A stretch of 57,748 nucleotides of DNA from a virus (IMGVR_UViG_3300042332_001032:1-57748), one strand, 5' to 3'; counted from the stretch's first letter, positions 39,370-48,851 are shown. Notes: generated from the letters alone by a model not told the origin. Numbers and translations are program-made.

Positions 39370-40665
39370 TTAATATGCCCCGACAGGTGTACCGTCGTCG
39401 TCATCTCCGTAACCGTCATTGTAACCACCCTCGTCCTCATCATCAGTATAGCCTTTCGAAGCCTCGATATCCTTCCACTCTTGTTTGTCAAAATCTTCTA
39501 GTTCGTGTTTTATATCTCTAACTAAAGAATCAATAAGAGCTTTAGCTTGGTTATTATTTTGAAGTATTGTGTGTAGTGCTTGTTTAAATTTATTAACAGT
39601 TACGCTTTTTTCTGTGTGAGATACAGGTAGTTGTAGAATTTTTTTAAAAACATCTGCAAGATATTCTTGATCATTTGTGTCAACTAGAGATTGCACTCTT
39701 TTCCATAATGCAGGGCCAATCATTATATCAAATGTTTCAGATTCAAGTTTATCTATATCTTTACGCGCCTGTAAATGCGCTGCATAGCTCTTAGCGTCTT
39801 CGACGTCAGCTGCAGAGTTTGCAATAAGCTCTAAAGCTGCTTTTATAATTTCATGAACAAGTACTGGGAAAATTTTACCTTGTGCTCTTATTACCGGTAT
39901 TCCGTGATCGTCTTCATCGATCTCATTAGCACCTAGTGGGCTTGCAGCTGCTCCTCTTTCAATACCTTCAGGTTGAACCCAGTAAAGAGTATCAACAATA
40001 TTCATGAATAATGCATATTGATTTGCAATACCTGGCTTGATTTGCTCTAATTCGGGTTGCACCATGCGGAAAGCGTCAAAATAACTAACACTCCCACCTT
40101 GAATCATCATGTTTGCAAATTTTCTCTTTAATTTCTCATCATCGAGGTTTAAAATTACATCTGCTATTTCAAGTTCTGCTTCTTCGTTTTGCTCATCCTC
40201 TTCTTCCTCTCCAGGTTCTTCTTGATTTGCATTATTATTACCTAAAAGATCGATAGACGGGTCACCAAGCAATACATCAAAAATGATTTCATTTTGATCG
40301 TATAATTCTTTTAATTTCTTAAACTGCGGTAAATCAAGAACAACCTGTACTGCTAGAGATTCTAAATAGTCTTTATGCTGAGCTTCGGCTCTTGCAAAGT
40401 CTCTAACCATACCAAATGCACTTTGTAGTACGGGGTATAGTTCGCTTTGGGTGTTGAATGTCTTACCAGTTAAGCGCTCAAGCTTTTTAATAACTTCCTT
40501 GTAGCGTTCAGAAGCGATATATTCTAAGTATCTCTGTTCATCTGTGGAAAGAGTGGGTAGAATTTCTTCTATAGACTCTTCTCCTCCTTCGATACGCCGT
40601 AATTTGTCAGGGCTAATGAAATTACGAATATCATCAAACGACATCGCTTCGTTAACTTTTTTCAT
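39370..40665 (-). CDS. Hypothetical acidic protein
   Basis: 431 aa; FPVLVHE..K motif. Confidence 0.8.
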   Translation of the reverse strand: MKKVNEAMSFDDIRNFISPDKLRRIEGGEESIEEILPTLSTDEQRYLEYIASERYKEVIKKLERLTGKTFNTQSELYPVLQSAFGMVRDFARAEAQHKDYLESLAVQVVLDLPQFKKLKELYDQNEIIFDVLLGDPSIDLLGNNNANQEEPGEEEEDEQNEEAELEIADVILNLDDEKLKRKFANMMIQGGSVSYFDAFRMVQPELEQIKPGIANQYALFMNIVDTLYWVQPEGIERGAAASPLGANEIDEDDHGIPVIRAQGKIFPVLVHEIIKAALELIANSAADVEDAKSYAAHLQARKDIDKLESETFDIMIGPALWKRVQSLVDTNDQEYLADVFKKILQLPVSHTEKSVTVNKFKQALHTILQNNNQAKALIDSLVRDIKHELEDFDKQEWKDIEASKGYTDDEDEGGYNDGYGDDDDGTPVGAY

Positions 40666-40668
40666 TTT

Positions 40669-40926
40669 TTATTTAGTATATTTGTTGAAAGTGGAGTTTA
40701 AACGGTTTAAGCGGTTTTTAAAAAAGCTAACCATTTTAGCGCTTGTCGTATCTTCAGCTTTTGGTTTTGGTTTAGTAAAAGGATTGTGCCCTGGTCTTTT
40801 AAAAGGATTAGGTTTTGTACGAGGTTGACTCGGAGCTGTTGGAGTAGCTGGTTTTACAGGGGTGATTGTTGTAGCCTCGTCAATATTTTGAAGAATACTA
40901 TTGATGGTTTTTTCGAATGATGTCAT
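40669..40926 (-). CDS. Hypothetical Pro-rich late protein
   Basis: 85 aa, TATAAATA upstream. Confidence 0.7.
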   Translation of the reverse strand: MTSFEKTINSILQNIDEATTITPVKPATPTAPSQPRTKPNPFKRPGHNPFTKPKPKAEDTTSAKMVSFFKNRLNRLNSTFNKYTK

Positions 40927-40977
40927 AATGAATAATATTATTTATACTCTTTAAAGAAAAAAATAAAAAAACAAATC

Positions 40978-41006
40978 TTGATAGTTCCTGCTATTTTCAC
41001 TATTAT
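40978..41006 (+). promoter_or_regulatory. Sigma70-like promoter with GTTCC extension
   Basis: TTGATA-GTTCC..17 bp..TATTAT. Confidence 0.7.
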
Positions 41007-41015
41007 TTTTAAACA

Positions 41016-41960
41016 ATGAACGTTATATCTAATACCACTCAAGGCTTCACAACAGTTTCTAAAGTCCAAATACCGGATACGTACTTTCGTCGATTCAAGA
41101 CCGGAAAAGACGAAATTGATGAGATTTTCGGAAAAGAAGGATTTATACCCGGTTCGACCTTTACCATTGCAGCACCTCCCGGGTCTGGTAAAACGACTAT
41201 TCTACTACAGACTCTCGAATTTCTACAGAACAGCGGTAAACAGACTGCTTATATATCAGGCGAAGAAACGGTACAGCAATTAGCTTTTACCTGTAAGAGA
41301 ATAAACGTAGAAAACGTAGCAGTAGCGAATATGACAGTTATTGAGGATGTATTCGATGCTGTTAAAGCTAACAAGATTGATATGATAGTGCTTGATTCAT
41401 TGCCCTCATTACGCTCGAGAGAAAAGATTCACGGCCGTCGTTTGGAAGAATATCTTTCAAATTATATTTGTTCGAAAGCTAAAGAACTTGAATGTGTGGT
41501 TGTTATTGTAATGCACATGACCAAAATGGGAACTTACAAAGGCACGACCCTTCTACCTCATTCTGTAGATTGTAATATTTTAATGAAATGTAATACCAAC
41601 GATATTAATATACGAGAGTTTAATGTCACAAAGAATCGTTTTGGTGCTCTTTGTGAAACTGCGTTCCGTATCACGTCTGTTGGCTTTGATTTTACCAAGA
41701 TCAATATAACCGATATTGAAGCTGATGTAATGAGTACTGAGCCTGTGAAGAAGAGCAAGACTCAGGAATACGAAGACACTATATACAACAGTATACAGCA
41801 AGAAGGTGGTATAGATCTTAAGGCAGCTACTCAGCTGCTGCAGTGCACCATTAAAGCTCAATGCACATTGCGCAATCTGACTATTAAAGATAAGATTGTT
41901 AAAAGTGGTCGCGGTCAAACTGCACTATGGACGCTTGCACCAGAACTAGAAACAGTCTAA
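41016..41960 (+). CDS. radA: RadA/Sms-like RecA-family ATPase
   Basis: TG..E.D..F, PGSGKTT, YISGEE, LDS, H.TK.G..KG...L.H.VD, KNRFG; lacks zinc finger and Lon-like domain. Confidence 0.85.
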   Translation: MNVISNTTQGFTTVSKVQIPDTYFRRFKTGKDEIDEIFGKEGFIPGSTFTIAAPPGSGKTTILLQTLEFLQNSGKQTAYISGEETVQQLAFTCKRINVENVAVANMTVIEDVFDAVKANKIDMIVLDSLPSLRSREKIHGRRLEEYLSNYICSKAKELECVVVIVMHMTKMGTYKGTTLLPHSVDCNILMKCNTNDINIREFNVTKNRFGALCETAFRITSVGFDFTKINITDIEADVMSTEPVKKSKTQEYEDTIYNSIQQEGGIDLKAATQLLQCTIKAQCTLRNLTIKDKIVKSGRGQTALWTLAPELETV

Positions 41961-41972
41961 GTATCTACTACT

Positions 41973-42110
41973 ATGCTTAATACAGTACAAAACGGTAAAG
42001 GTTCAAAACCACGACCTGTAGATACTAAGAAATACAATGACAATTTTGATAGTATTAAATGGTCGAACAGCAAAGACAAGAAAAAACCAGCTACAAAAAA
42101 GCTAAAATAG
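41973..42110 (+). CDS. Small basic phage protein (45 aa, not in ORF track)
   Basis: GKGSKPRP.....Y.DNFD.I.W motif. Confidence 0.7.
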   Translation: MLNTVQNGKGSKPRPVDTKKYNDNFDSIKWSNSKDKKKPATKKLK

Positions 42111-42153
42111 CACTGGTGCGCTGAAAGTTCCGTAGTGTCTGATTAAATACTAC

Positions 42154-42357
42154 GTGAGGGTTCCACTTAATATAGTTTACATCGGTTATACTTGTTCTGT
42201 TTTCATAGATAACAGAACCAATAGTGTGTCTATATCTATAGTAGAATCATCTACTAAGAATAATAAAAACACAAAGAAACTCTTAAAAAAGATTTATTAT
42301 TACTTACAGGCTGAAGGTTTTATTGATTACGATACTGAGTACGAAGAAGGTTATTGA
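42154..42357 (+). CDS. Hypothetical protein
   Basis: GTG after TAAATA; YL..EGF motif. Confidence 0.6.
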   Translation: MRVPLNIVYIGYTCSVFIDNRTNSVSISIVESSTKNNKNTKKLLKKIYYYLQAEGFIDYDTEYEEGY

Positions 42358-42836
42358 TTCATCACTGAGTCATATTCTGCTACCTTTGTAATATTGCCGA
42401 GACTATCTGAGCAGATAGATATCTTACTAAACATCCACGGGTCAAACGTGTGACCTTGGCAAGCTAGATCATATAGTTTTTTTGCGTTAGACGCAATACT
42501 ATATAAATCTGTTTTTATCATATCATTATGCTCATTATCAGTATTATTTGTAGATAATGTTAATATGGCTATAGGCGTTGGAGATGTTTGTGTAACTGTA
42601 TTAGTAGGTTGAGCGTTATTATCGTTATCTTCTACAGAATCGACGTTACCTATGGTATTACCTGGGTTTCTTGGATCTCCGTTTCCGCCATCGCCTTGCA
42701 TTCTATCTTCTAGGGTTTCTGCTTCATGATGATCGTCAGGTTGCCTAGGTACAACTTTATGAGATACATTTTTTATTTTTTGTAGAGCTGAAATATACGA
42801 TTCATATACACCTTGAACATCTTTATCATTAAGCAT
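42351..42836 (-). CDS. Hypothetical protein
   Basis: 161 aa; M.K.DL..I...A..L.....W..SKI motif. Confidence 0.7.
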   Translation of the reverse strand: MLNDKDVQGVYESYISALQKIKNVSHKVVPRQPDDHHEAETLEDRMQGDGGNGDPRNPGNTIGNVDSVEDNDNNAQPTNTVTQTSPTPIAILTLSTNNTDNEHNDMIKTDLYSIASNAKKLYDLACQGHTFDPWMFSKISICSDSLGNITKVAEYDSVMNQ

Positions 42837-42899
42837 AATATTAATTATTCTAAAACGAAGAGGTTTCTCAGATATCTGATTAAATAATTTAAAATCTAT

Positions 42900-43847
42900 A
42901 TGGGATTAGAGTACACTAAACAACCACAATTTTTTGAAAATAGCGTTACCGTACAAGGGGCACTATCTAGCGTACAGCTACAAGCTAATGCGTTTATAAG
43001 CAGTACAGCTAGAGTTACGGAAATATCAGCTGTTTCATTATCAGGTACTTTTTACGGAGACGGTACAAAGCTCGAGGGTGTATTTAGTAATCAAAGCACT
43101 ATAAACGCTTTTCTAACAAGTCTCTCATCAAAGCCGTTTTACCCGTCATTGTCTGTAACATCATTTTCAGCAAATAATGTATTTGCTGTTAGCGGTATAT
43201 TCATGAATATAGCTGCAACATCTCTTTCAGGTACGTTTTACGGAGATGGTACAAAGCTAGCTGGTGTATATTCCTCTCAAGGTGCAATTAATACATTTGT
43301 TGTAAACAGCAGCGCAGATTCTAAACTAAACTCTCTTTCAGCAAAATTTATAAACACAGAGTATGTAGGTAATCCGCTATTTAGAACACTCTCCTCATCT
43401 GTAATAACAACAAATACCTTAAACAGCGCAACAACGTTCAGTGGAGTGTATTACGGAGATGGTAGAAACCTACAAGGTATCTTTGCAAATCAAAATGTTA
43501 TAAACTCAACAGTTGCTCAACTCACAGGAGACGCTGTCGTGAGAACGCTCTCAGCAGTAAGTGGCACGTTTATAAACATCTCTGCAACTTCTCTTTCAGG
43601 TACATTTTATGGTGATGGGTCAAATCTACTAGGTGTTACAACTGGTGGTAGAAGATTTTTTTATGAAACTATAGGTAACGATACATACACCTATTCAGGC
43701 TCTACACCATTTTACACAACTTCACCAAGTGCTTCGGCGTGGAAGATTGTTAAAGTGCAATATAGCTTAGATGGAGGAGTGGTAGGGCTAAGTGCAAGAA
43801 ACAACGTACCATGGACAAATAGAGCAACTCTTATATATTACCCATAA
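42900..43847 (+). CDS. Fibre-like repeat protein
   Basis: Four SG..YGDG..L.G repeats. Confidence 0.75.
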   Translation: MGLEYTKQPQFFENSVTVQGALSSVQLQANAFISSTARVTEISAVSLSGTFYGDGTKLEGVFSNQSTINAFLTSLSSKPFYPSLSVTSFSANNVFAVSGIFMNIAATSLSGTFYGDGTKLAGVYSSQGAINTFVVNSSADSKLNSLSAKFINTEYVGNPLFRTLSSSVITTNTLNSATTFSGVYYGDGRNLQGIFANQNVINSTVAQLTGDAVVRTLSAVSGTFINISATSLSGTFYGDGSNLLGVTTGGRRFFYETIGNDTYTYSGSTPFYTTSPSASAWKIVKVQYSLDGGVVGLSARNNVPWTNRATLIYYP

Positions 43848-44200
43848 GTGAACTACCGAGCGACTAAAGATCGTTTGGCTTCAGAACATAAATGTTCTTT
43901 CTTTTTAGACACTTCATAGCCGTTGCTTTTAAATTGCTTTAAAAGTCTTATGTCAGCTCCATGCCTGTAATCGGCAGTTCCTGCCGATGAACATCCATAG
44001 TATGTTCTTTTTGCCTTTGATATACTTGGTATCAGCATCCAAAAGGAAGACGAAGTCTTCCTTGCTACGCCACTGAAAGGTCTTTTCATTATTTGTTTTA
44101 GATCTATTTCCATTGAAGGGGTTATTTTTATTTATCTTTTGCAAGGCTGAGTTTCATCTGAGTGACTAAAGATCACTCAGCTTTCACTCAGTCCTAATAA
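43848..44200 (-). mobile_element. Non-autonomous omegaRNA-bearing element C
   Basis: Both end hairpins present; right end abuts the TAA of 42900..43847; left junction uncertain by ~4 nt. Confidence 0.9.
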
Positions 44201-44211
44201 ATAAAATTACC

Positions 44212-44580
44212 ATGGAACAAGTCATTTTTAATTTAATCCGATTACAAAACCAATTTCGTATTTTACACTGGCAGACTCAAAGCTACGCACAACACAAAGC
44301 ATTTGGTGATATATATGACGCATTAGATGGTCATATTGACACTCTGGTTGAAGTACACCAAGGCAAGTACGGTAGAATCATATTCAACATGCCGTTCAAT
44401 ATAGAGTTAGTAAATTTCGATGATTTCGATATGACTTCTGTTCTCGAAGAAGCTACAGATTATCTTTCTACTGAATTTGGTAGTAACTTAGACGATGTTA
44501 AAGATACAGATTGCTTGAATATAAGAGATGAAATTTTAAGTGAACTAAATAAATTAAAGTATCTCTTAACACTTAGTTAA
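44212..44580 (+). CDS. Ferritin/Dps-like protein (DUF5856-like)
   Basis: HWQT.SYAQHKA....YD.L...D.LVE..QG, NIRDE......KYLLTL. Confidence 0.85.
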   Translation: MEQVIFNLIRLQNQFRILHWQTQSYAQHKAFGDIYDALDGHIDTLVEVHQGKYGRIIFNMPFNIELVNFDDFDMTSVLEEATDYLSTEFGSNLDDVKDTDCLNIRDEILSELNKLKYLLTLS

Positions 44581-44586
44581 GAGATA

Positions 44587-44862
44587 CTAAATTTCAAAGT
44601 ATTCTGCATTTATAATTTGCTTAGGTTCTTGTAATGTGATGATATGATACAGATCATCATTGTTTAAACAGCTTTCTATATAGGTATCAAAATTACCTGC
44701 ATACCCTTTACTTTTGTGATCTAGGTATTGAGACTCATAAAGCTTATCAATTGCTTTATCTAGTATACCTACTGTAGTGTTAGTTTTTAAGCGAACATAA
44801 ACCGTACCGTCAATTGCTTTTGAGTATAGAATAATGAGGTAGTCTTTCATCAGGTGTATCAT
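44587..44862 (-). CDS. Hypothetical protein
   Basis: ORF trimmed to first ATG. Confidence 0.6.
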   Translation of the reverse strand: MIHLMKDYLIILYSKAIDGTVYVRLKTNTTVGILDKAIDKLYESQYLDHKSKGYAGNFDTYIESCLNNDDLYHIITLQEPKQIINAEYFEI

Positions 44863-44954
44863 ATATCTTATGCTGTTTCTTAGAGTTAAACAAGCTAAAA
44901 AAAATTCATTTTTCTTTGTTGAAATTATCTTGTCTGGGCGTATTATACCTAGTA

Positions 44955-45491
44955 ATGAACGATGATATAGCAAAAGTTCTTTACCATGAATCTACCATTT
45001 TAAGCAGATTGGATGAACTTGCTCATTTAATAACTGAAGATTATTCTGATAAAGAATTTACTGTAATTTCTATTCTAAATGGTAGCTTTATTTTTATGGC
45101 TGACTTGCTTAGAAGAATACAATTACCTTTACAGGTTGATTGCTGGAGTGTGTCAAGTTACCATGGTACAAAATCATCTGGTAGTATTAACTTTAGACAA
45201 CACGAGGTAGCAGATGTTTCCGGTAGACATGTACTCTTGTTAGATGATATTTTAGATTCCGGTCTCACACTATCAACAATAAAGAGTAAACTTTTAAATG
45301 AAAAGAATGCAAAGAGTGTAAAGAGTTGCGTTTTACTTTGTAAGAATGTTGTTCGTAAAGCAGAGGTAGAAGCTGATTATGTAGGGTTTAAGATCAATAA
45401 TGAATTTGTAGTTGGCTACGGTCTGGACTACAATGAACAGTACCGTAACCTCCCTTACATCGGAGTATTAAAAGAAGAAATTCACAAGTAG
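44955..45491 (+). CDS. hpt: Hypoxanthine phosphoribosyltransferase
   Basis: LNGSFIFMADL, VSSY, VLLLDDILDSGLTL, FVVGYGLDY...YRNLPYI. Confidence 0.96.
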   Translation: MNDDIAKVLYHESTILSRLDELAHLITEDYSDKEFTVISILNGSFIFMADLLRRIQLPLQVDCWSVSSYHGTKSSGSINFRQHEVADVSGRHVLLLDDILDSGLTLSTIKSKLLNEKNAKSVKSCVLLCKNVVRKAEVEADYVGFKINNEFVVGYGLDYNEQYRNLPYIGVLKEEIHK

Positions 45492-45535
45492 TAGTTGCTT
45501 TCTTAAAAAAAGATTTTAATATCAAAAATGTAGTT

Positions 45536-45790
45536 ATGAAACATATTGTTGACTCATTTACAACAACTCAAGGAAGAATAGTAACAACAAAAACTCTTTT
45601 GAATGTTATTCGTAGAATTAAAAACGGAGAAGATGACAGAGAGATTATTAACGAAGAGTTATCTGATATTCCTGTTGATGAAGAAAGAGACGTTGACGAA
45701 GCATACGAAGTCATTGATTACTGTCAAGATAAAATAGAACAAGAAGAACTTGACTATCTTATAGAGCACACTAAACACATTAAAAATTAA
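45536..45790 (+). CDS. Hypothetical protein
   Basis: 84-aa ORF with upstream TTGCTT..TAATAT-like promoter. Confidence 0.65.
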   Translation: MKHIVDSFTTTQGRIVTTKTLLNVIRRIKNGEDDREIINEELSDIPVDEERDVDEAYEVIDYCQDKIEQEELDYLIEHTKHIKN

Positions 45791-45805
45791 TTTTTATAAC
45801 CAATC

Positions 45806-46063
45806 ATGAAAGACAAAGCAAAAAAGCAAAACAAGGCAAGCAGCGAAACATACAGCATCACCCGTAATGTTATTAAGACACCCGGGCACACTGCTCGTAA
45901 GACATCCAAGCTCGGTAACACGATGCGCATGTTGAACATTGGAGACGGGTTTACATACCCGTTTGCAAAGTCCTCTAACGTACACCGTGCAGCTCGTAAC
46001 TATGGTTACGAAATGGCTACCCAACGTACCGAAAAAGGTATCTTGGCTGTTCGTTGCGCCTAA
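45806..46063 (+). CDS. Small basic protein, possibly DNA-binding
   Basis: 85 aa; L.IGD.F....V..AA......G...VR; followed by terminator. Confidence 0.7.
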   Translation: MKDKAKKQNKASSETYSITRNVIKTPGHTARKTSKLGNTMRMLNIGDGFTYPFAKSSNVHRAARNYGYEMATQRTEKGILAVRCA

Positions 46064-46077
46064 TATAAAAACAAACA

Positions 46078-46112
46078 AAAAAGCCGAGATCATAAAGATC
46101 TCGGCTTTTTTT
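46078..46112 (+). terminator. Intrinsic terminator
   Basis: GCCGAGATC-loop-GATCTCGGC-T7. Confidence 0.9.
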
Positions 46113-46119
46113 ATTTTAT

Positions 46120-46479
46120 ATTTCAGGACTGAGTGAAAGCTGAGTGATCTCTAGTCACTCAGATGAAACTCAGCCTTGCAAAAGATAAATAAAAAAGATA
46201 AATAAAAATAACCCCTTCAATGGAAATAGATATTTTAAATTATATAAAAAGACCTTTCAGTGGCGTAGCTAGATTAATTTCTATAGGATGCTGATACCAA
46301 GCAAATCAAAGGCAAAAAGAACATACTATGGATGTTCATCGGCAGGAACTGTCGATTACAGACATGGAGCTGACATAAGACTTTTGAATTCATTTAAAAG
46401 CAACGGCTATGAAGTGTCTAAAAAGAAAGAACATTTATGTTCTGGAAGCCGAACGATCTTTAGTCGTTCGGTAGTTCAC
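46120..46479 (+). mobile_element. Non-autonomous omegaRNA-bearing element D
   Basis: TTAT|ATTTCAGG...TAGTTCAC, 360 bp; between terminator and ligase promoter. Confidence 0.92.
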
Positions 46480-46487
46480 AAAAATAC

Positions 46488-46516
46488 TTGCTAGTTCCTA
46501 CTGCTTCTAGTATTAT
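46488..46516 (+). promoter_or_regulatory. Sigma70-like promoter with GTTCC extension
   Basis: TTGCTA-GTTCC..17 bp..TATTAT. Confidence 0.7.
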
Positions 46517-46530
46517 AGTCTGACAATTAT

Positions 46531-47652
46531 ATGACACTACCAACACTTTTCAGCAGAACATCGACAGGAGCCGTACAAACTTGGACTATTGAAACTGAAG
46601 GTGACAAATACCGAACAGTCTTTGGTCAAGTGAACGGCGCTATCCAAACTACAAATTGGACGGTCTGTCATCCGACAAATGAAGGTAGAGCCAATGCAAG
46701 GAACGGAGAAGAACAAGCCGTTTTTGAAGCTAAAGCTCTCTGGAAAAAGAAAAAAGATTCTGGATGCTTTGAAGATATAAAAGACATTGATACGTCTTTG
46801 TTCACCGAGCCTATGCTCGCTAAGAAATATGAAGATTATAGTAGCGAACTAGCATACCCTGTCTATTCATCTTCTAAGTTAGATGGAACTAGGCTTGTAG
46901 CAAGAAAAGATGGCCTGTATAGCAGGAATGGTAAAAAATATGCAAGCGTTCCTCATATCCAGGAAGCACTTAAACCGTTCTTTGATCAGTATCCAGAAGT
47001 TATTCTAGACGGAGAGTTATATTGTGATAAGTTTGCAAATGACTTTAATGCTATCTGTTCACTAGTAAAGAAAACAAAACCAACAGAAGAAGATCTAAAA
47101 GCTAGTAAAGCTGCTATACAGTATTGGATTTATGATTGTGTGGATGTTAAAAAGAAATTTACAGAACGTTATAGGATTATTAAAAGTGCAGTTTCTATCT
47201 GCAATAACGAATCAATTTGTCTTGTAGAATCTACAGAAGTTAATAGCGATAAACACCTTAACGACCTTTACGAAGAGTATATTCAGCAAGGCTACGAAGG
47301 ACAAATGGTACGAGTTGATAAACCATATGAAATGAAGCGTTCTAAATATCTTCTCAAGCGTAAAGAGTTTCAAGACAGGGAATACGAAATTGTTGGAACC
47401 GTGGAAGGTGAAGGCAACAAAACTGGAATGCTTGGCGCTTTTGTTCTTAAAAACGATAACGGTTTATCGTTTAATAGTAATATCAAGGGTACAAGGGAGT
47501 ATCTCCAGGAGCTCTGGAGTGATAAAGATAAGCTCATTGGTAGACTTGCTACAGTAAAATATTTTAATCTTACCCCAGTTAATGAAGATGGGAGCGGCGG
47601 AGTTCCGAGGTTCCCCTACGTTATTAAAATTCGAGAGAGCTTTGACGTTTAA
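46531..47652 (+). CDS. lig: ATP-dependent DNA ligase
   Basis: PMLA, KLDG, LDGELY, YEGQM, RS..LLK.K, PRFP. Confidence 0.95.
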   Translation: MTLPTLFSRTSTGAVQTWTIETEGDKYRTVFGQVNGAIQTTNWTVCHPTNEGRANARNGEEQAVFEAKALWKKKKDSGCFEDIKDIDTSLFTEPMLAKKYEDYSSELAYPVYSSSKLDGTRLVARKDGLYSRNGKKYASVPHIQEALKPFFDQYPEVILDGELYCDKFANDFNAICSLVKKTKPTEEDLKASKAAIQYWIYDCVDVKKKFTERYRIIKSAVSICNNESICLVESTEVNSDKHLNDLYEEYIQQGYEGQMVRVDKPYEMKRSKYLLKRKEFQDREYEIVGTVEGEGNKTGMLGAFVLKNDNGLSFNSNIKGTREYLQELWSDKDKLIGRLATVKYFNLTPVNEDGSGGVPRFPYVIKIRESFDV

Positions 47653-47681
47653 GAGCTTAAATATAAAGGTATAGTCAATGT

Positions 47682-47767
47682 GGGTAGTTAATCTAGACGG
47701 CTCTAGACCTAGTCTTGAAAACTAGCGGTACCAGGAATGGTATGGGGATCGACACCTCAGCTACTCG
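47682..47767 (+). tRNA. tRNA-Ser(TGA), atypical 8/4 fold
   Basis: Acceptor GGGTAGTT/AGCTACTC, D-stem TCTAGA/TCTAGA, anticodon loop CTTGAAA, long variable arm, T-arm GGGG-ATCGACA-CCTC. Confidence 0.8.
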
Positions 47768-47789
47768 GTTCTTCAGCATAAATACCTTT

Positions 47790-47975
47790 ATGACTTTTAA
47801 AGAATATATAATTGAAAAATCTATTCACGACCCAGTACGTCCCGGTATTCTTAAAAGACAAATTAAAGGTAAGGTAACCTGTAGTAAAGCTAGAGCCTTA
47901 AAAGCTAAACAAAAGAATAAAGGTAACAATACAGCTAAAGCAGCTCAGAGATTTATAAATTACAGACATTGTTAA
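47790..47975 (+). CDS. Small basic late protein
   Basis: ATG after ATAAATA; RPG.LKR....TC.KA motif. Confidence 0.7.
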   Translation: MTFKEYIIEKSIHDPVRPGILKRQIKGKVTCSKARALKAKQKNKGNNTAKAAQRFINYRHC

Positions 47976-47986
47976 TAAATATATAC

Positions 47987-48730
47987 ATGACAAATCATGT
48001 ATATTATGTATATAAAACAATAAACAAACACAATTCAAAATATTATATCGGGGTACATCGTACTAACAATATAAACGACGGGTACATGGGATGCGGTCAT
48101 TATAGAGGTCGTAAGTTACGAGAAAATCTTGACACAAGACTTTATAGAGCGTTCCGTAAATACGGGGATGATGCGTTTACAACAGAAGTATTGTATATAT
48201 TTGAAAATGAGATTGACGCATATAATAAAGAAAAAGAATTGATTGATATTAAAGACAAAAACTGTTATAATGATAAACCAGGTGGGATAGGAGGATTCCA
48301 CCCTGACACGAATAAAGGTAGAGTTTTTACAGAGTCAGAAAGAAAAAAAATGAGTGAAGCTGCAAAAATACGCTCAAAACGAATTCTTCTACAGACTGAC
48401 ATATTAAAAGAGCACGTTAAGAACAGAACCGGTAAAACTTATGCTGAAATTTACGGTGAAGAAAAAGGTAAAGAAGTATCACTGAAGCGATCTAAATCCC
48501 TTACAGGTAGAAAGCTATCTGATGAACATAAACGTAAAATGAGCATAAACCGCAAAGGTAAAGACTGCGGTAAGAGTAAAGGTAGAGTGCAAGTTTGGAA
48601 TAATATAACAAAAAAAGGCATGAAAATACCGAAAGATGTTTTACAAGCAGGATTGAAAGAAGGTAACATAATTGAACAACTCTTTGTGAAAGATAAATTC
48701 CATAAATTTAAATTTTCAAAGATCAAATAA
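47987..48730 (+). CDS. GIY-YIG homing endonuclease with NUMOD3 repeats (Seg-like)
   Basis: YVYKTIN....YYIG, Y.G.G, KYG...F, YN..PGG.GG, SDEHKRKMS. Confidence 0.9.
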   Translation: MTNHVYYVYKTINKHNSKYYIGVHRTNNINDGYMGCGHYRGRKLRENLDTRLYRAFRKYGDDAFTTEVLYIFENEIDAYNKEKELIDIKDKNCYNDKPGGIGGFHPDTNKGRVFTESERKKMSEAAKIRSKRILLQTDILKEHVKNRTGKTYAEIYGEEKGKEVSLKRSKSLTGRKLSDEHKRKMSINRKGKDCGKSKGRVQVWNNITKKGMKIPKDVLQAGLKEGNIIEQLFVKDKFHKFKFSKIK

Positions 48731-48851
48731 ACTATCATTGCTAATCGACATAAATAAATGAGTGATAGATTTACTAATACTACTTGGAATTATTTTAGGT
48801 ATTCTTTGATATAATGCTGGCTTATTGACCTGTTGTACTTATAATATAGGT

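Noticed and set aside
46120-46479. IStron/group I intron or hammerhead ribozyme within the cassettes
   Set aside because: Elements end in TCAC rather than a terminal G; no recognisable P7 core or CUGANGA/GAAA hammerhead arrangement
46480-46500. Guides of element D and element 2 targeting the repeated TTGCTAG promoters in trans
   Set aside because: The shared motif is distal in the guide, and by eye no other site has TAM plus seed match; a computed search would be needed to exclude it fully
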